From the NCBI GenBank assembly GCA_977020255.1, contig CDROCS010001101.1, positions 186,001-250,000 of the forward strand: 64,000 bases of DNA. Reading direction: 5' to 3'. The DNA is from Obrimoposthia wandeli (Eukaryota). The notes under the pieces are model-generated. The model did no database searches. It was not told the DNA's origin and saw nothing but the letters and a program-made list of their open reading frames with translations. A program made the translations under genes and the position numbers. Of this stretch, positions 37,172 through 47,439 are shown one piece after another. The stretch's first letter is position 1, and every line of letters begins with the position of its first letter.

Positions 37172-39826
37172 TTACTTTACTGCGGTAATACGGCTAAAGC
37201 GTTTGCCATCTGGTGACACAGTTCTTAATTCCGCAGACGTTACAGAGACAGGTTTTGTCCATGTTGTCCATGTTGAACCAGCATCTGTACTATATTGTAC
37301 TTCTAGTCCAGGGAAAGCTACGTTAGTTAATAACTTGCCAGATTCAATCTTACCCCCTGGTACTGGTAAGCGATACTGAACACCAGACTTGTCAATCTTA
37401 GCTAATTCACGTTGACCGACAATGTTAGCGAATTGAGTCCACTCTGCTTGCTGTTTATCAGCATCAACAAACGTTGTTTCGCCGCCTTTGAATTCACGAT
37501 CTTTAACGTAATCAAGTTCCCATGATGCTTTATGCCATGCGCGCTCTGCTAATGGTAAGATCCGTGGGTAAACCATGTATTCAAATTGTGAATCGGTACG
37601 TACTGACTCACTCCAAAGTTGACCAGAAATACCATTATAACCACGGTTTTCAGTGTCGCCTTTTATATTAAAGTTATTACCATCACGGTCTTTTGATGTT
37701 TCAGCGTTCTGAGGTAAATTATTCGGCGAGAATTTAAATACCTTTTTGCTGTCTGTATAACGTGTTGCCCAGTAGTAACCACGTTCTTTTGAGTTTACTT
37801 CATAAGGGAAATCGAAATACAGGTAATCAGGGTGCGACTGTACAACTTCAAAGCCTTTTTCTGTCATGTGGTTCGAGGTATTTGCTCCGCCCCAATATAG
37901 GGTTTCCCATACATTGGCGACAGCTGTTATCGGTAAGTCTTTAGCGTCAACGTCTTTTAGTCCATCTTGCCATAACTGCGTTTTTTCAATACCGGCAGCA
38001 GCAATAATGTTAGCTACTTTTTTAACAAACATTGGACCAAGATCGTGTGGTGTTTCTAAGCTATCATCTGCAGCTACTTGCGCAACACACTGTGGCGATT
38101 TAGCCCAAGGCATTGATTCCTTAGTTAAGTCTTTATCACCTTTCCAACCAGTTGTACCACCAGTTTGTTCGAAACCGTTACCAAGATGAATATTCTTCGC
38201 TTCATCGCCACCCATGTGCCATGTTTTCAGTGGTTGGCCAGCTTCATTGTGCATCGCTTGAACTTCTGCAATGACTTTACCGATGAAGTTATAAGTCGAA
38301 TCCATACAAGGGTTTAAGATACCATCATTGTAGAATTGAATCGTTGTATATACTGATTTGTCATCTGGATCAGCTAGGCGATATTCTTCTGCTTTTTGTA
38401 AATCTGAATCTTTGTATTTGTTGTAACGCGCTTCCATCGCCACGACACCGGCACGAGCATGTGCTGGCATATCAATTTCTGGAATAACTTCAATATTACG
38501 CGCCTGCGCATATTTCACTAACTCAATATAATCAGCTTTGGTTAAATAACCTGTACCACGATTATCAGAGTCCGGACCTGAGCCCAGTTGCGGTAATAGA
38601 CACGTATTTTCTTCTAAATCATGGCAACGTTTTCCGCCAATATCAGTTAATTCAGGTAAACCAGGGATAGCTAAACGCCAGCCTTCGTCATCGGTTAGAT
38701 GTAAGTGGAATTTATTCATCTTATACGCACTCATTTGATCAACTAAGCGCAATAGTGACTCTTTACTGTGGAAGTTGCGGGCGATATCAACTTCCATACC
38801 ACGGTACTCAAAATTTGGAGCATCTTTTACACTGACTTGTGGGATACTTTTGTTCACAGCAAAGTCAGACGGGACTAATGACACGATTGATTGTAAAGCA
38901 TAAAGTGCACCAGCATTATCAAAGGCTACAACTTCTGTGCTGTCGGCGGAAACGTCAAGTGTGTAACCACCTGATATTGCGTATTCTTCTGTAAGTTGTT
39001 GTGGTGCAATAGTGATATTAATAGGATAGCTACCTGCTACATTAACACCAAAATTTTCAAAGCGTTGGGTTACAGCATCAAGTGAACTTTGTTGCATTGC
39101 TGGTGCGTGTATACTAATGCCAGCACTTAAATCAGCAAAGCCTGTTACTTTTTCATCTTGCCACACTGGCGTTGGGATTATTTTGTTCGCTACAGAAGCG
39201 GCTGATAATTGTGCAGTGGCTTCATTAGATTCAAAACGCGTATTAGCGTTCATGATGATGTTGTTATCACCTGCATGTCTTTTTAAGTTTTCACCTGTTA
39301 TTGGTGTCATGATTTCTGACATATCTTCAGTGTCAGTATTACTGATCACTTTCGGTTCTGCATTTTCAGCTGTCACATAATAACGCGGCATCACATCTGT
39401 TTCGAATAATGACCAATATTCAGCGATGAAGTTAACATCTACAGTGGCGTTCTCAGCGAAACCTTTAAATTCAGCAGTTGGTGTGAGTCTATGAAGATCA
39501 CCATTGATATGTTCAATCGTAAATTCTGGAGATTTAACTTCTAATATACGGCGGATACTATGAAAATATATTTCCCAATCAGCAGACTCAATCGCTGCGC
39601 CACTGTTCGTTAGTTGTATCGTAGCATCCTGACATGCTGCCCACTCTGCTTCAAGAGCTTTACATGTGGCAGCGGCGTCACCTTCAAGCTTTTGATTTAC
39701 CGTATAAGTGACCGCGACAGATGATGCAATAGTATCAACGACTTGTTGTGTTGATGATATCTCTTGCGTCGCACTACAACCAGCTAAAGCAACACTTAAC
39801 CCGAGTGCTATTGTTGTTTTTTTCAT
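37172..39826 (-). CDS. chb: GH20 beta-N-acetylhexosaminidase (chitobiase), lipoprotein
   Basis: LAGC lipobox, CBM-like N-terminus, DAPNFEYRG..DIARNF, HLHLTDDEGWR, PEIDMPAHA, HMGGDE, GQLWSE. Confidence 0.92.
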   Translation of the reverse strand: MKKTTIALGLSVALAGCSATQEISSTQQVVDTIASSVAVTYTVNQKLEGDAAATCKALEAEWAACQDATIQLTNSGAAIESADWEIYFHSIRRILEVKSPEFTIEHINGDLHRLTPTAEFKGFAENATVDVNFIAEYWSLFETDVMPRYYVTAENAEPKVISNTDTEDMSEIMTPITGENLKRHAGDNNIIMNANTRFESNEATAQLSAASVANKIIPTPVWQDEKVTGFADLSAGISIHAPAMQQSSLDAVTQRFENFGVNVAGSYPINITIAPQQLTEEYAISGGYTLDVSADSTEVVAFDNAGALYALQSIVSLVPSDFAVNKSIPQVSVKDAPNFEYRGMEVDIARNFHSKESLLRLVDQMSAYKMNKFHLHLTDDEGWRLAIPGLPELTDIGGKRCHDLEENTCLLPQLGSGPDSDNRGTGYLTKADYIELVKYAQARNIEVIPEIDMPAHARAGVVAMEARYNKYKDSDLQKAEEYRLADPDDKSVYTTIQFYNDGILNPCMDSTYNFIGKVIAEVQAMHNEAGQPLKTWHMGGDEAKNIHLGNGFEQTGGTTGWKGDKDLTKESMPWAKSPQCVAQVAADDSLETPHDLGPMFVKKVANIIAAAGIEKTQLWQDGLKDVDAKDLPITAVANVWETLYWGGANTSNHMTEKGFEVVQSHPDYLYFDFPYEVNSKERGYYWATRYTDSKKVFKFSPNNLPQNAETSKDRDGNNFNIKGDTENRGYNGISGQLWSESVRTDSQFEYMVYPRILPLAERAWHKASWELDYVKDREFKGGETTFVDADKQQAEWTQFANIVGQRELAKIDKSGVQYRLPVPGGKIESGKLLTNVAFPGLEVQYSTDAGSTWTTWTKPVSVTSAELRTVSPDGKRFSRITAVK

Positions 39827-39932
39827 ATCCGATCCTTCCTTTGAATGAAATATTTAAACTAGACGTTAAACTGAAAACTTAATACGCACTGTAAAGTAAC
39901 CTGCGTTATTTACTATCTGAATTTTCATTTCG

Positions 39933-39948
39933 TGTGACTATTGTCACC
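39933..39948. promoter_or_regulatory. CRP-like site upstream of chb
   Basis: TGTGA-CTATTG-TCACC. Confidence 0.6.
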
Positions 39949-40306
39949 AATATAATTAACTTTATAGAAACATACGTGATTAATATCAATTTAAATGACA
40001 CATCCATTCACGACTAGGTGTTGTGAATAAGTATAACCTCGGCATAAAACACTTCCAGAACACGTTTGATTTTACATTAAAATAACATTGTAAATTTTTA
40101 ATTTAAGTTGAACTAAAATAACTGAGATCATAAACACACTTAAAACAATAACTTATTAACTTTGATAAATATCAAGAAACAGAGTTGTTTTATATTTGTT
40201 TCAATACTCCATTGATTATCCCCTTAAATTAATAGCGCGAATTAATCACTAAAAATAGGTATAAATGGGATCTTTATCGTTCTTTATGTCTTTTTATTAA
40301 AATTAT

Positions 40307-40322
40307 TGTGAGTTTTATCACG
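40307..40322. promoter_or_regulatory. CRP-like site upstream of the porin gene
   Basis: TGTGA-GTTTTA-TCACG. Confidence 0.65.
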
Positions 40323-40333
40323 ACTGCGAACAG

Positions 40334-40356
40334 CTTAATTTGCATGATGAATTAAC
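40334..40356. promoter_or_regulatory. NagC-like operator
   Basis: CTTAATTTGCATGATGAATTAAC closely resembles the E. coli nagB-type operator (TTAATTT-N7-GAATTAA), recalled from memory. Confidence 0.65.
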
Positions 40357-40450
40357 AAGGGAGTAGACTCCAAACCATCAAGTAACAAAGTTCATTATTA
40401 ATTAACAAATCAATATAAATAGCATTTACATCTACTAAAAGGAATTTAGA

Positions 40451-41572
40451 ATGAATAAATTAAGCTTATCTATGGTAGCCGCAGCGGTTTCAACTGCTTT
40501 ATTATCAACAGCAGCTAATGCATACGTATTAGGTACAGAAAATACAGGTAACATCGAAGTGTATGGTGTTGTCGCTGTTTCAGCTTATGGACATGGTGGT
40601 GACGATACCAGCGTGACTGATTACAGCATTGATAATGAAACCCGTGTAGGTTTTCGTGGCAGTAAACAGATGACTGAAGGTATCAATGTGATATTCCAAG
40701 TTGAATCTGGTTATACCGACGTAGATGACTGGTCTGGTGGTGGTCTAGGTTTCCGCGATACATTCGTAGGTGTAGAAGGTGATTATGGTAAAGTGACTGT
40801 CGGTCGTCAGTTAACGCCTATGTATGAAATTGTTGATTGGCCTTTCACAAACCCAGGTCTAGGCCGTGTATTTGATCCTGCTGCAACCGGTGATATTGCT
40901 TACATGTACGATCGTACTGAATCTATTCGTTATTTTGCCCCTGCAATGGGTAACTTGAATATTAACGTGGCAACTGGCCGTGCAGGCAGTGGCGACAATG
41001 CACATTGGTTTGGTGGTGCAGCTAAATATAAAGCATTTGATGCGATCACATTACATGCGACGTTTGAATATGGTAATAACAGACAAAAATCAGCTGCTGT
41101 AGCAGGTGGTGTATATTCGATTGATAATGATAAAACTTCACCTACTTATGGTCAAAATGTTGCAAGCGTAGGAAAATCTGAAGTAACAGCTGATACTTTT
41201 ACGTATCTCGTTGGTTTTGAAGCCCCGATTGCAAGTACAGGTATCAGCATTGCTGGTGCATATAAATATGGTCAATCTGAAGATAACGTAACTAAAAGCA
41301 CTGACTCACAAGGTTCTTACTCTTTAATCGCGCAATATTGGAATGGTCCATTAGGCGTTAAGTTAGGTTATGCCGCAGTTGAAGATGTTGAATCAGATGA
41401 TAATTCAAATAAAGAAAAGGGTTCTTCAGTTACTTCACTACAAGTAATGGGTGTGGTTAACGGCTTTGTACCTTACGTACGTCTTGGTATGACAGATCAA
41501 CTTGGTTGGGGTGCAGCACCACTTGAAGACCAGGAAGTATTCGCACGTGTAGGTCTTGAATACGGTTTCTAA
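40451..41572 (+). CDS. chiP: Chitoporin-like outer membrane porin
   Basis: Signal peptide, EVYG, NETRVGFRG, RDTFVG, and TPMYEIVDWPFTNPGLG matching Vibrio ChiP as I recall it. C-terminal Phe. Divergent from chb. Confidence 0.8.
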   Translation: MNKLSLSMVAAAVSTALLSTAANAYVLGTENTGNIEVYGVVAVSAYGHGGDDTSVTDYSIDNETRVGFRGSKQMTEGINVIFQVESGYTDVDDWSGGGLGFRDTFVGVEGDYGKVTVGRQLTPMYEIVDWPFTNPGLGRVFDPAATGDIAYMYDRTESIRYFAPAMGNLNINVATGRAGSGDNAHWFGGAAKYKAFDAITLHATFEYGNNRQKSAAVAGGVYSIDNDKTSPTYGQNVASVGKSEVTADTFTYLVGFEAPIASTGISIAGAYKYGQSEDNVTKSTDSQGSYSLIAQYWNGPLGVKLGYAAVEDVESDDNSNKEKGSSVTSLQVMGVVNGFVPYVRLGMTDQLGWGAAPLEDQEVFARVGLEYGF

Positions 41573-41606
41573 TTATTGTTCCTTAATATAGGACCACATA
41601 GACAAT

Positions 41607-41648
41607 AAAAGACCGGCTGCAGATGTTAAAATTTGCAGCCGGTTTTTT
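41607..41648 (+). terminator. Terminator after the porin gene
   Basis: ACCGGCTGCAGA...TTTGCAGCCGGT followed by a T run. Confidence 0.85.
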
Positions 41649-41813
41649 AATTCTACATACCAATATTGTCTACAACTTAGCCTAGTGTCAGTTTAACCCA
41701 TCGAATCACTCATTATCTGCGTTTTTTGTCCATAAATTGAAGTTTGATCAAGACGTTATTACATTTTAAATCTAAAATACGAAACATATTTCATTTTCCA
41801 CTTAGGTTTATTC

Positions 41814-42485
41814 ATGAAAAAGTTAACAACAAAGAAAAGTTTAGAACAACAAAAGAAAAATAAATTCATATCCATTGCAATATTAAGCATCGTAGTTGTG
41901 ATTGGTGCATTCTTATTAATACCGTCAACTGCTGATGAAAATATTGAACAACATCTATATAGCGAGAACGCGCCTATTTTTGGTAGTAAAAATGCCAAAG
42001 TAACCATTGTTGAATTCTTTGATCCTGCTTGTGAATCTTGCCGTGCCTTTTACCCGCTCGTTAAAAGCCAAATAAAACAATATAAAGGTAAAGTTAACTT
42101 AATTGCGCGACCTGTTGCATTCCATAAAAACGTAGGCCCTGTTGTGGCAGCGTTAGAAGCAACAAAAATGCAGAATAAGTTCTGGGATGCGCTACGCATT
42201 ACCTTATATTATCAAAATAATTGGGCAATCAATCACACAGCCAATGTAGATTTGTTATATCCATACCTACAGGACGCTGGTATAGACATTGCAAAACTTA
42301 AGGTTGATATGGAGAACCCAGTTATCGCAGCACGTATGGCGCAAGATGCTAAAGATGCTAAAACACTGAAAGTATTCAAAACACCGACATTCTACGTTAA
42401 TGGTGTCGCGCTAAAACAGTTTGGTGCAGAACCATTTAAAGCACTCATTGCACGTGAAGTAAAAAAAGCATACTCAGAAAAATAA
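41814..42485 (+). CDS. Membrane-anchored DsbA-family thiol-disulfide oxidoreductase
   Basis: N-terminal TM, IVEFFDPACESC (CxxC), KTPTFYVNG (cis-Pro loop). Confidence 0.85.
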   Translation: MKKLTTKKSLEQQKKNKFISIAILSIVVVIGAFLLIPSTADENIEQHLYSENAPIFGSKNAKVTIVEFFDPACESCRAFYPLVKSQIKQYKGKVNLIARPVAFHKNVGPVVAALEATKMQNKFWDALRITLYYQNNWAINHTANVDLLYPYLQDAGIDIAKLKVDMENPVIAARMAQDAKDAKTLKVFKTPTFYVNGVALKQFGAEPFKALIAREVKKAYSEK

Positions 42486-42506
42486 TGCCCTTAAAAATAC
42501 ACGCAT

Positions 42507-42548
42507 AAAAAAAGCCCTCAATTCAAATGATGAACTGAGGGCTTTTTT
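42507..42548. terminator. Bidirectional terminator (dsbA-like / ppiC)
   Basis: A7-GCCCTCA...TGAGGGC-T6. Confidence 0.85.
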
Positions 42549-42569
42549 GTGGCAGCTAAAACAGCTCTA

Positions 42570-42851
42570 TTATGTTCTAAATAAGATTTTCACAATATGC
42601 CAGCCATGTTTCGTCTTCACAAGGTGAGGCGTTAAGATTTCACCATTGAAACAAACTTTATCGAACGCAGGAACCATAGCTCCCTTTCTGAATTCGCCTA
42701 AGTTACCACCGTCTTTTTTACCAGACGGACAAAGAGAATGAGATTTTGCTAACTTTTGAAAGTTCTCTCCCTTCTCAAGTTTTTCCAATATTTCATATGC
42801 TTTAGATTCGTGTTTCACAAGTATGTGTAGTGCTGCTGCTGTTCTAGCCAT
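42570..42851 (-). CDS. ppiC: Parvulin peptidyl-prolyl isomerase C
   Basis: [46 protein letters not shown]. Confidence 0.93.
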   Translation of the reverse strand: MARTAAALHILVKHESKAYEILEKLEKGENFQKLAKSHSLCPSGKKDGGNLGEFRKGAMVPAFDKVCFNGEILTPHLVKTKHGWHIVKILFRT

Positions 42852-43099
42852 GATTAACTCTAGTTAAAATAAATAATTTATGAGCTGATTTTATCATAAG
42901 CAATCCTCATCTGACTAGAGTCTTAATTAATCCTGTTAATTTACTGGTTATAGAAACCGCAAAAATAACTGTTAAGACCAGTTTTTGGCAAATAAATAGG
43001 CTTTCAAATGAAACGGAGTGCCAAAATTAACTTATAAGAGGTATAATGATAACAATTTAATTCATAATCGCTTTCATTTATTTAAGGACAACATCGCAC

Positions 43100-44737
43100 A
43101 TGGCAGTTCATCCAAGAGCCGGACAAAAGGCGCAAAACTCAGATCTTTGTAACATTCCCGCACTCGTGTCTCACTATTACATCAATAAGCCTGATGTAAC
43201 TCAAATTGCGCAGCGTGTTGCATTTGGTACTTCTGGTCATCGCGGTAACGCTTTTGCATCTTCTTTCAATGAAGATCATATTTTAGCGATTAGCCAAGCA
43301 ATTGCTGAATATCGATTTGAACAAGGCATTACCGGTCCTTTATTCATAGGTAAAGATACTCATGCATTATCAGAACCTGCAAACATTTCAGTTATTGAAG
43401 TATTAGTTGCTAATGGTGTGGATGTACGTGTTCAGTCAGATGACGGTTTTACCCCAACGCCTGTTATCTCACATGCAATTTTAGCGTATAACAGCAACAA
43501 CACTATTCAAGCTGACGGTATTGTGATTACACCATCACACAATCCACCACAAGATGGCGGCATTAAATACAACCCACCACATGGCGGCCCAGCAGACAGT
43601 GATGTAACTAAGATCATTGAAAACCGTGCTAATGATATTATCGCAGAAGGCTTAGTGGCAGTTAAACGCATTAGCTTTGCGATCGCGACTGAATCTGCAC
43701 ATTATCAAGAAATTGATTATGTTGAAGCTTATGTAGCGGATTTAGAAAACGTGCTTAACCTAAAAGCAATCTCTGATGCTGGCATCAAGATCGGCGTTGA
43801 TACATTAGGTGGTTCAGGTTTTGCTTATTGGGATGTGATTGCAGCGAAATACAATTTAGACATTACTGTTGTGAATGATCGCGTTGACCCAAGCTTCTCA
43901 TTTATGTGTCTGGATAAAGATGGCAAGATCCGTATGGATTGCTCGTCACCGTATGCAATGGCAAGCCTGATCAGCTTAAAAGATGATTTTGATATCGCTA
44001 TTGGTAATGATCCTGATTATGACCGTCACGGTATTGTCACTAAAAGCGGTTTGATGAATCCAAACCATTACCTTGCTGTTGCAATCCAATACTTATTTAC
44101 TAACCGCACAAACTGGCCAGTAAATGCAAAAGTAGGTAAAACACTGGTATCAAGTTCGATGATTGACCGTGTAGCCGCTAAGATTGAACGCCCACTTTGT
44201 GAAGTGCCTGTAGGTTTTAAATGGTTTGTTGAAGGCCTGCACACTGCTGAATTTGCCTTTGGTGGCGAAGAAAGTGCCGGTGCATCATTCTTGCGTACAG
44301 ACGGTACTGTTTGGACAACCGACAAAGACGGTATTATTTTAGCGCTATTGTCTGCAGAAATACTTGCTGTAACAGGTAAAGATCCAGCACAACTTTATGC
44401 TGAACTAACCGAAGAATTCGGTTCTCCTGTTTACAACCGTATTGATGCTCCTGCTTCATTTGAAGAAAAAGCTATTCTTTCTAACTTATCTCCAGAACTT
44501 GTTCAGGCAAAAACGTTAGCAGGCGAAACGATTACGGCTAAATTAACAAACGCACCGGGTAACGACGGCAAAATTGGTGGTTTGAAAGTAACCACTGAAA
44601 ATGGTTGGTTTGCAGCTCGTCCATCTGGTACTGAAGCAATCTACAAAATCTATGCTGAAAGTTTCAAAGATGAAGCACATTTAGCGTTAATTTTAAGCGA
44701 AGCACAAGAAATTGTGTCAGCAGCACTAAAAGCTTAA
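43100..44737 (+). CDS. pgm: Phosphoglucomutase (alpha-D-glucose-1,6-bisphosphate-dependent)
   Basis: [35 protein letters not shown]. Confidence 0.96.
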   Translation: MAVHPRAGQKAQNSDLCNIPALVSHYYINKPDVTQIAQRVAFGTSGHRGNAFASSFNEDHILAISQAIAEYRFEQGITGPLFIGKDTHALSEPANISVIEVLVANGVDVRVQSDDGFTPTPVISHAILAYNSNNTIQADGIVITPSHNPPQDGGIKYNPPHGGPADSDVTKIIENRANDIIAEGLVAVKRISFAIATESAHYQEIDYVEAYVADLENVLNLKAISDAGIKIGVDTLGGSGFAYWDVIAAKYNLDITVVNDRVDPSFSFMCLDKDGKIRMDCSSPYAMASLISLKDDFDIAIGNDPDYDRHGIVTKSGLMNPNHYLAVAIQYLFTNRTNWPVNAKVGKTLVSSSMIDRVAAKIERPLCEVPVGFKWFVEGLHTAEFAFGGEESAGASFLRTDGTVWTTDKDGIILALLSAEILAVTGKDPAQLYAELTEEFGSPVYNRIDAPASFEEKAILSNLSPELVQAKTLAGETITAKLTNAPGNDGKIGGLKVTTENGWFAARPSGTEAIYKIYAESFKDEAHLALILSEAQEIVSAALKA

Positions 44738-44932
44738 GAATATGACGAAGAACGAATTGAAATAAAATTAAGCGTTAATAGAACTGAAAGACAGAATACT
44801 CAATTTATAGCGAGAGTATTCTGTCTTGTTTTACTTAACATCTTGTTAACCATACCTGAACAACATTTTTTATTTGTATGTAGATTTATATATATACTCG
44901 TTGATTTAATAAAATCCCCTGCCATTTTTTGA

Positions 44933-44946
44933 TTGATCATTATCAA
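44933..44946. promoter_or_regulatory. FNR box 1 upstream of ccoN
   Basis: TTGAT-CATT-ATCAA, perfect consensus. Confidence 0.8.
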
Positions 44947-44983
44947 TGCACATGTCGAAATCCTATTTTTCATACTCGTTTAC

Positions 44984-44997
44984 TTGATCTAAATCAA
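44984..44997. promoter_or_regulatory. FNR box 2 upstream of ccoN
   Basis: TTGAT-CTAA-ATCAA, perfect consensus. Confidence 0.8.
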
Positions 44998-45193
44998 GTC
45001 AGCTTCAACGTACTATTTTTAGAACGTTTTTAACAATGTAACAAACAAATTCCCCTGTTAATGTTACGAAAAATCGCGTAATATCCCCATCTGAGTATGA
45101 CTGTCAATTTAGATTACTTAGATTTACACACATACTTTTTGGGTATTCACGCATCAAAAGATGTTTAATTATTCGTACGCACCGGAAGCAAAT

Positions 45194-46621
45194 ATGAGCT
45201 CTCATTCACCTATAAAAACTGACTATAACTATAAAGTTGTACGACAGTTTACTGTGATGACTGTTATCTGGGGTATTGTTGGAATGTCAGTGGGTGTGCT
45301 AATTGCAGCACAGCTAATTTGGCCTGCACTAAATTTCGATACACCTTGGTTAACTTATAGTCGTCTTCGTCCCCTACACACCAATGCAGTAATCTTTGCA
45401 TTTGGTACTTCGGCCCTAATGGCAACATCTTTTTATGTTGTTCAACGTACGTGTCAAGCACGCCTATTTGGCGGTGTTTTACCTGCGGTTGTATTTTGGG
45501 GTTGGCAACTAGTTATTCTTTCTGCTGTTATATCATTACCACTTGGTTATAACACAACAAAAGAATACGCAGAACTTGAATGGCCGATTGATATCTTAAT
45601 CACGCTAGTTTGGGTTGTTTATGCGGTTGTATTCTTCGGCACCATCATTAAACGCCAAACATCGCACATTTATGTTGCGAACTGGTTCTTTGGTGCATTC
45701 ATCTTAACCGTTGCTGTTTTACATATTGTGAACAGTGCAGCGATCCCACTAAATATGATGAAATCTTATTCTATTTATGGTGGCGCGATCGATGCAATGG
45801 TTCAGTGGTGGTACGGCCACAATGCAGTTGGCTTCCTGCTAACAGCTGGTTTCCTAGGTATGATGTATTACTTCGTACCGAAACAAGCAAACCGTCCTGT
45901 TTACTCATACCGTTTATCAATTGTTCACTTTTGGGCATTAGTATCGCTGTACATTTGGGCTGGTCCTCACCACCTTCATTACACAGCACTACCTGATTGG
46001 ACTCAATCAGTTGGTATGGTTATGTCGTTAATCTTATTTGCTCCATCATGGGGTGGTATGATCAACGGTATCATGACGCTTTCTGGCGCATGGCATAAAC
46101 TACGTTATGACCCTATTCTACGTTTCCTAATTGTTTCTTTATCTTTCTACGGTATGTCTACGTTCGAAGGTCCAATGATGGCAATTAAGAGTGTTAATGC
46201 ACTATCGCATTACACTGACTGGACTATTGGTCACGTACATTCAGGTGCGCTAGGTTGGGTTGCGATGGTATCTATCGGTGCTATCTATCACTTAATCCCA
46301 GTGTTATTTAACCAAGGTCGTATGTACAGCGTTAAGCTGATCAACGTTCACTTCTGGTTAGCAACTGTTGGTACTGTACTTTATATTGTTGCAATGTGGA
46401 TCTCGGGTGTAATGCAAGGTCTGATGTGGAGAGCGGTAAATGCTGACGGAACTTTAACGTATAGCTTCGTTGAGTCACTTCAAGCTTCATATCCATTCTA
46501 CTTCGTACGCTTCATTGGCGGTGTGTTCTTCCTGACTGGTATGTTATTGATGGCATACAATGTCTTTAAGACAATATCTGCGACTGATCACTCAATCAAA
46601 GCTGACGCAGAAGTCGCATAG
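45194..46621 (+). CDS. ccoN: cbb3-type cytochrome c oxidase subunit I
   Basis: [44 protein letters not shown]. Start likely 45194 (ORF track gives 45161). Confidence 0.97.
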   Translation: MSSHSPIKTDYNYKVVRQFTVMTVIWGIVGMSVGVLIAAQLIWPALNFDTPWLTYSRLRPLHTNAVIFAFGTSALMATSFYVVQRTCQARLFGGVLPAVVFWGWQLVILSAVISLPLGYNTTKEYAELEWPIDILITLVWVVYAVVFFGTIIKRQTSHIYVANWFFGAFILTVAVLHIVNSAAIPLNMMKSYSIYGGAIDAMVQWWYGHNAVGFLLTAGFLGMMYYFVPKQANRPVYSYRLSIVHFWALVSLYIWAGPHHLHYTALPDWTQSVGMVMSLILFAPSWGGMINGIMTLSGAWHKLRYDPILRFLIVSLSFYGMSTFEGPMMAIKSVNALSHYTDWTIGHVHSGALGWVAMVSIGAIYHLIPVLFNQGRMYSVKLINVHFWLATVGTVLYIVAMWISGVMQGLMWRAVNADGTLTYSFVESLQASYPFYFVRFIGGVFFLTGMLLMAYNVFKTISATDHSIKADAEVA

Positions 46622-46634
46622 AAAGGAGATATCT

Positions 46635-47237
46635 ATGAAACATGAATTAATTGAAAAGAACATTGGTTTATTAGCAATCTTCATCGTCTTTGCGATCAGC
46701 TTAGGTGCGATGGTTGAAATTACCCCACTGTTCTGGCAAAAAGATACGACGGAACCGCTTGATACTCTACGTCCTTATACGGCGCTAGAGATGGAAGGCC
46801 GTGATATCTACATGCGTGAGAACTGTGCAGTTTGTCATAGTCAAATGATCCGTCCTTTCCGTGCAGAAACAGAGCGCTATGGTGCATATTCTGTTGCTGG
46901 TGAATCTGTTTGGGAACATCCGTTCCTTTGGGGTTCTAAACGTACTGGTCCAGATCTAGCCCGTGTTGGTGGTCGTTATTCTGATGATTGGCAACGTGCG
47001 CATTTACTTGACCCACGAAGTGTTGTTCCAGAGTCAAATATGCCTGCTTTCCCTTGGTTAGCTGAAAATGTATTAGATGGTTCAGAATCTGCTGCGAAAC
47101 TAAGTATCTTTAAAGACTACTTTGACGTTCCGTATACTGATGCTGATATTGCTGGTGCAGAAGAAGCTGTTAAAGGTAAGACTGAATTAGACGCGTTGGT
47201 TGCTTACCTGCAATCATTAGGTCATGCATTAAAATAA
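46635..47237 (+). CDS. ccoO: cbb3 oxidase subunit II
   Basis: CAVCH heme motif, [18 protein letters not shown] at 46635 with an AAGGAG RBS. Confidence 0.96.
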   Translation: MKHELIEKNIGLLAIFIVFAISLGAMVEITPLFWQKDTTEPLDTLRPYTALEMEGRDIYMRENCAVCHSQMIRPFRAETERYGAYSVAGESVWEHPFLWGSKRTGPDLARVGGRYSDDWQRAHLLDPRSVVPESNMPAFPWLAENVLDGSESAAKLSIFKDYFDVPYTDADIAGAEEAVKGKTELDALVAYLQSLGHALK

Positions 47238-47247
47238 GGATGTAATT

Positions 47248-47427
47248 ATGTTTCAAGGGATTTATACCCTAGTACTAATGGCCATTTTTATCGCTATTAT
47301 TGCCTGGGCTTACAGCAAACGACAAAAAAGTGCGTTTAATGAAGCTGCTAATTTAGTATTTGCTGATGAAGCTGCTCACACTGATTCACTTAATGGAGAG
47401 CAGAAGAACAAATCTGCTCATATTTAG
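47248..47427 (+). CDS. ccoQ: cbb3 oxidase subunit IV (CcoQ), 59 aa
   Basis: MFQGIYTLVLMAIFIAIIAWAYSKRQKSAFNEAANLVFADE... between ccoO and ccoP. Not in the ORF track. Confidence 0.9.
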   Translation: MFQGIYTLVLMAIFIAIIAWAYSKRQKSAFNEAANLVFADEAAHTDSLNGEQKNKSAHI

Positions 47428-47439
47428 GAGTTTATGATT

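Noticed and set aside
39934-39947. MatP matS site (GTGAC...GTCAC)
   Set aside because: The spacer is 4 nt, whereas matS has 3. It is better explained as a CRP site.
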